From assembly GCF_009914755.1 (NCBI RefSeq), contig NC_060936.1: 64,000 bases of DNA, one strand, 5' to 3'. The stretch is from the human T2T-CHM13v2.0 reference genome, Homo sapiens. The position numbers and the translations under genes are program-made. Under the pieces are notes generated by a model, which saw nothing but the letters and a program-made list of their open reading frames with translations, did no database searches and was not told the origin of the DNA. Shown piece after piece: positions 58,911 to 64,000 of this stretch (the first letter of the stretch is position 1; each line of letters begins with the position of its first letter).

Positions 58911-61900
58911 TCTGACATAAGTCCACTTTAATATGGCTATTTTTTGGAAATAAATAAATACTAAATTTATTGCCCATTTAATAACCCATCCCTTTTATTG
59001 GGTAAATTCAACTTTTGTTGTGGCATCTGAAGAGTTAAGTCACTATATATGTTTTCTCCACGTAAGATAAAGTTGGCTGGCGTTTAGAGGGACAGGAGGA
59101 TGATGGTCTGATGAATAAAATAGAAAAGACATATGGAAGTGGTTATGGAAAAATGATAAGAAACACTTAAAAAATCAGGTAAATGGAAAGACCCAAGGAA
59201 AACACACAATCAAGTATTCAAGCTTTGAGTCTTGTGGGAATAAGTTTCCCATTTATAACAACAAGAAATCGGAACACAGAGGAGATGTTAAATTTTCATT
59301 ATGTAGCATTTCAGGAATCATCGATTATAACACATAAGTAAAATGGTCCTATAGTGCTACGAAATATATGGTTTGGGAGACAGTGTCTATAGGTCGAAAC
59401 AGGGAAATTGTGGAGATGTTCAAAAATCATGTAACACATGAAGGAAATAAATATATAGAAAGAAAAATAATCAAACATAATATATTGATCGGAACATGTC
59501 TTGGAAATATGTTATTTAAATCATATTTTAGCTTTTAAGCTTTTAAAAGTTTTAAAAGCTTTTATATTTGCTTATGCACCTCAGACTTCAGAGTCCCATA
59601 ACTTTTTCGTAATTGTAAAGAGCTGAAATTACATTAAAAAATAATTAATACTAATAAAACACAAGTATTTCCAGGAAGGGGTATCACATCAACTTAGGGA
59701 TTTATTATGAGCATATTTATTGTTTTCAAAATCCCATCCACCTGCTACATTGGAATGAATATACACAGCTGTTAGTGTATCATAGAAAAAGAGAATGAAA
59801 AACTGAATCTACAAGTGAGATTTTCTGAAGAATGTGGGACCAAAATACAGACAGAGTAAGGCAGTTGGAGTACGGGAAAGAGGAGCTCAACAGTACCAGG
59901 GCCCCTGGGAACATCTGGCTGACAAATCCATGGAAGTTGGAAGAGAAACATGAAAAAAGGGGTAGTTGGAAAGGATCTCAAGATAAGCCTTGCTTTCTTA
60001 ATACAGTTTTCCCAGGGCCCACCCTGGTTGGATGCCAGTGATTGACCTAAGTGTTCACGATTTCTCGAAGGTCAAGGAGTTATATAAATAAACTTTTATA
60101 GAAAGGAAGACACTAAAAACACTAAGGAACAGCTAATCACTAGACTGAATTTCCAAATTCATGTTATATTTTCAAATGTATTTTAATGATGTAATTAGCC
60201 ATAGCAAAGTTCCACTGAGTTCAAATTGATACTAAACTCCACAGACATAACTACCAACTTTTTCACAGGTGGTATATCATTAAATCATAGTTGAAAGATG
60301 GCAAATGTTTAAGTACAAAAATAAGTTTTCAGATTCTAAGATTTATTATTCACTTTTATATTTTCTTATTACATTTTTATATGTTACAAGTAATAGATAT
60401 TTTTTACCCCTGAAATAGTGGGTTCTTTATTCCAGGTGAAAAGAACTTGTTGTAATAAACCTGCTTGTTCTATTAGAAGTCCCAGATAGTCTCCATAAAG
60501 GGAATTTATTTACATCTTCTCATAGGAAAGCTCTAGCTTCATTTGTGATCACTTTTATCTAATAATATTTCATATGTGCTGAGATTGTAAATTAATATGA
60601 ATATTTATTAAAATCTTCACTTATCATTAGTTATAATCAGCACATACAAAAATTTGCTGTATACCTACTTGTTTTAATATTTATTTTGGACTATATTTCT
60701 AATGGTCCTATCTAAATAAATCCTTAGTTGAAAAGAAGCATAAGAGGAACCAAAGTTAAAATGGGGTTGGTTTAACTTTAATATGATAATGTGTGCAAAT
60801 ATTAGAAACTAAATTTCTTATTATAGTTCTAAGTGTACCTTTAACGGTTTTCAAGAAAAGAGGGTAAGTAGGAAAGCTTTTAAATTTGTAATTAGAATCC
60901 TTACAAAAATTGAAGAATCTAGATTTAAACAGAGAATTAAAGTAATTTCATGGTAGTAGCAATAGAAAGACAAGAAATATGGTCAACTCAATAATATAAA
61001 TGTGATAAAAATGTATTTGTTCAATCAAACTTAGGATAAATTAATGTATGGTGAATACCCAATTGCATAAGGAGATAAATAATGTTTGGTGTCATTCATA
61101 GTCCCTTTCAGTTGGGCATTTTACTTAATAAAAAATCCATTCATATTCATTCATCGATCCAGTTATTTTTGAAGGTAGTTTTTATTTTCAAAGAGTTTCC
61201 TCTCTAAAGCATATTCTCCCTAACACCTCTCATTCTGATTTAAGTTTGAGAAGTGGGGAGAATGCCTCAGAAGTACCTGTGATCATGTAGCTATTTCATG
61301 GCAGCAATGAGAATAGTCCTGCTCAACCTATATTTAGTTCAGTTCAATTCAGCTGTACATGATGTGCCCACTGATTTTAAAGCTAGATATTGAAGTGACA
61401 TGGTACATGCTAGAGGGGCAGAACTACCAGAGTATTAACTATATTCCAAAAGAAAAAAAAATATTTAAAGTGTTACCTCTATTCTTTATTACTTCTGCTT
61501 ACCCTATGGTGCATAGGAGCATAGACAAAATTTTAAATACAAAATATATAAATTTGGATCTTAAAATCTGTGAATTTACATACAACTCCAACCCTCCATA
61601 CCAGCTCACTTCAACTCTGTGCTTGAGGGAAAAGGAGAAAGTTGAGAAAACAAGTGTATCAAGACGGAAGAGGGAGATGGGCGGACTCTGGGAAAGAGGT
61701 AGGGTGTACCATGTGCTAGTGTATGCATGTGCGTCTATATGTTATTAAAGAGGGCGAGGGGGTTGCCACATGAGTGAAGGTGTCATCGAGAAGGCTAGGG
61801 GTTTGTCCAAAATGCAGAGATGAAGGAAGAAGTATGATGAGAATAAGGATAAAATAAGGATAGCTCTGATAGCATTTCTTATCCTTCTCAGTTGCCTACC

Positions 61901-62299
61901 CTGGCCAGAAGAAGAAGAGGAATCTTTGAGCATTTTTATGTATTACATAGAAACCTGTCAGTAACTTACATTGACCTTGCTAGCTTCTTTCCTGGGTGTC
62001 TTTGCTCCTGGGTTGGGTTACCAGAGAATTAATGACAAGAACAATGGAGATGCCAGCACTTGGCATAATACTGAGTACATGCTAAGTGAATATTTGATTA
62101 ATAAACATGTCACTGACTGCTAACAGGACAGATGGTTTTCTATTCTTCAATCTAAGTGATTGATGACAGTATTATTCTCCTACACATACACACATATAAC
62201 TAGATGTATATGTTTAGATAAGCAGCTGGATTTGGTTAGTGATTTTTTTTTATTTAGTACTTTTAAACCTGTACTCGAAAGCAAAAGGAACATGTTTAA

Positions 62300-62490
62300 A
62301 TATACATACTGTCTTTACCTAGTTTTTAAATCAAGATTGTACCAGCCTCATAAAATGAGTTTGGCAGCTTTTCTTCTTGTATTTTCGGCACTAGATTATT
62401 TACTTAGGATTAATTGCTTGTTGAAAGTTTGTTTTTTGTTTTTTTGTTTTTTTAAAATAAAACATTACCTATAAAGTTTTCTGGGCCTGG
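62300..62490 (-). mobile_element. Old antisense L1 ORF2 fragment
   Basis: GCCTCATAAAATGAGTTTGG and TCTGGGCCTGG resemble antisense L1M ORF2. Confidence 0.55.
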
Positions 62491-63353
62491 GCCTTGGGGT
62501 GGGGGACAGGGTGGATTAGAGCTCAAAAGGATTAGAGCTCAAAAGCTGCAAGTTCACCTGGAATAGATGTTATCAATTCCTTACCCCAAACAGGCTCTGC
62601 CAACACTGTGATACTGCCCCCCATCCACCTCCGTACTGCTATGCTCATGCACAGGTTTCTCTGACTTGCAACAATAATAGTAACTACTGGCATATAGTAA
62701 TCTTCCCAGCTTGCAACAGGAGAAGATAATTTAAGAAGCTGGCTTCCAACATATCTCCCAAAAGTGGAACCCTACTCCCAGACTGCCATTTTCCTACCAT
62801 AACAGGTCATTACTATCTTCTACCGATGGAGGCAGAAGATATTTTATTTTATTCTTACAAATCCAGCATTGATTCTGGGAGAAAGCTGGTGATCTATACT
62901 AGTTCTGTCTTGTTCTACAGCAGCAATTTATTTTACATGAATAATGTTTACACAAATTACAAATTCACCGTGTATCTGGCCCTTTAAAATATATTTCCTA
63001 ATGTAATTGTCACAATTGTACCATGAATTTGGCAATATTATTCCCGTATTTTTAAGATAAATAAGACTTTTTACTCTGTCTTATTTTTAAGATAAGGAAG
63101 TGGATTTTAAGTAACTCACCCAAGTTAGCATGGATAATATTATAGCAGAGGTAAAAGCACACCTGTCCCAAATCCAGAAAATTCTAGTATGATCAATTTC
63201 ATAAATAGCCCAAGTACAGACATAAAATATGATCGTAATTCTCTTGCCTGTGAATTATTTGTAAATGTAATGGGCTCATATCACTGGAGATGGGCTATAC
63301 TCAGGGATATAGATGTCAATCTTAATGAAATTGCTCTTTCAAGTACCATATAA

Positions 63354-63805
<452 letters not shown>

Positions 63806-64000
63806 AGAGTTGAGTTTCTTTAAGCTCTTCTGATGAGATCTTTTCAAACCCACATCCAGGCCTTTCCACTGAATTTCTAGGGTGTTTACCTAAGATTTAG
63901 CTGCATATTGTCACTTAAAGACTGATTCCTAATGGCTGCCAGAAATTTAACACCTACCCAGGTGCTACAATTGCCACATTGACCATAGGTTTCCTCTTTC

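Noticed and set aside
61359-61748. 129-aa ATG-initiated ORF, the longest non-repeat ORF
   Set aside because: No recognisable domain, promoter or splice context; length is compatible with chance in 64 kb over six frames
62513-62544. Short local duplications (GGATTAGAGCTCAAAA x2; similar near 23860, 31610, 49785)
   Set aside because: Ordinary slippage duplications with no further structure

Overview
Primate (almost certainly human) genomic DNA from inside PDE3A (cGMP-inhibited cAMP phosphodiesterase 3A), transcribed on the + strand. The window starts in the distal part of intron 2 and holds eight consecutive coding exons (3-10; 1240 nt, about aa 338-751). They splice in frame at GT-AG boundaries and end in intron 10, just inside the catalytic domain. 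Exon and residue numbers come from my recollection of the 1141-aa protein and agree with the exon lengths and phases read here. The rest is AT-rich intron with about 18 Alu/FLAM copies, L1, L2, MIR, an MLT1-like LTR, a MADE1 MITE and two minisatellites; repeat subfamily calls and most repeat edges are by eye. Almost all ORFs in the track are Alu-derived or chance. I find no prokaryote-type system, CRISPR array or new gene. The best leads are: a palindromic AT-rich 35-bp minisatellite upstream of exon 3; an internally deleted antisense Alu that could form an in-frame 45-codon cassette exon; an in-frame cryptic acceptor before exon 8; an unexplained ~155-bp direct repeat; a young Ya5-lineage Alu; and candidate CRE/cardiac, CCAAT and CTCF sites. 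All functional claims are hypotheses.
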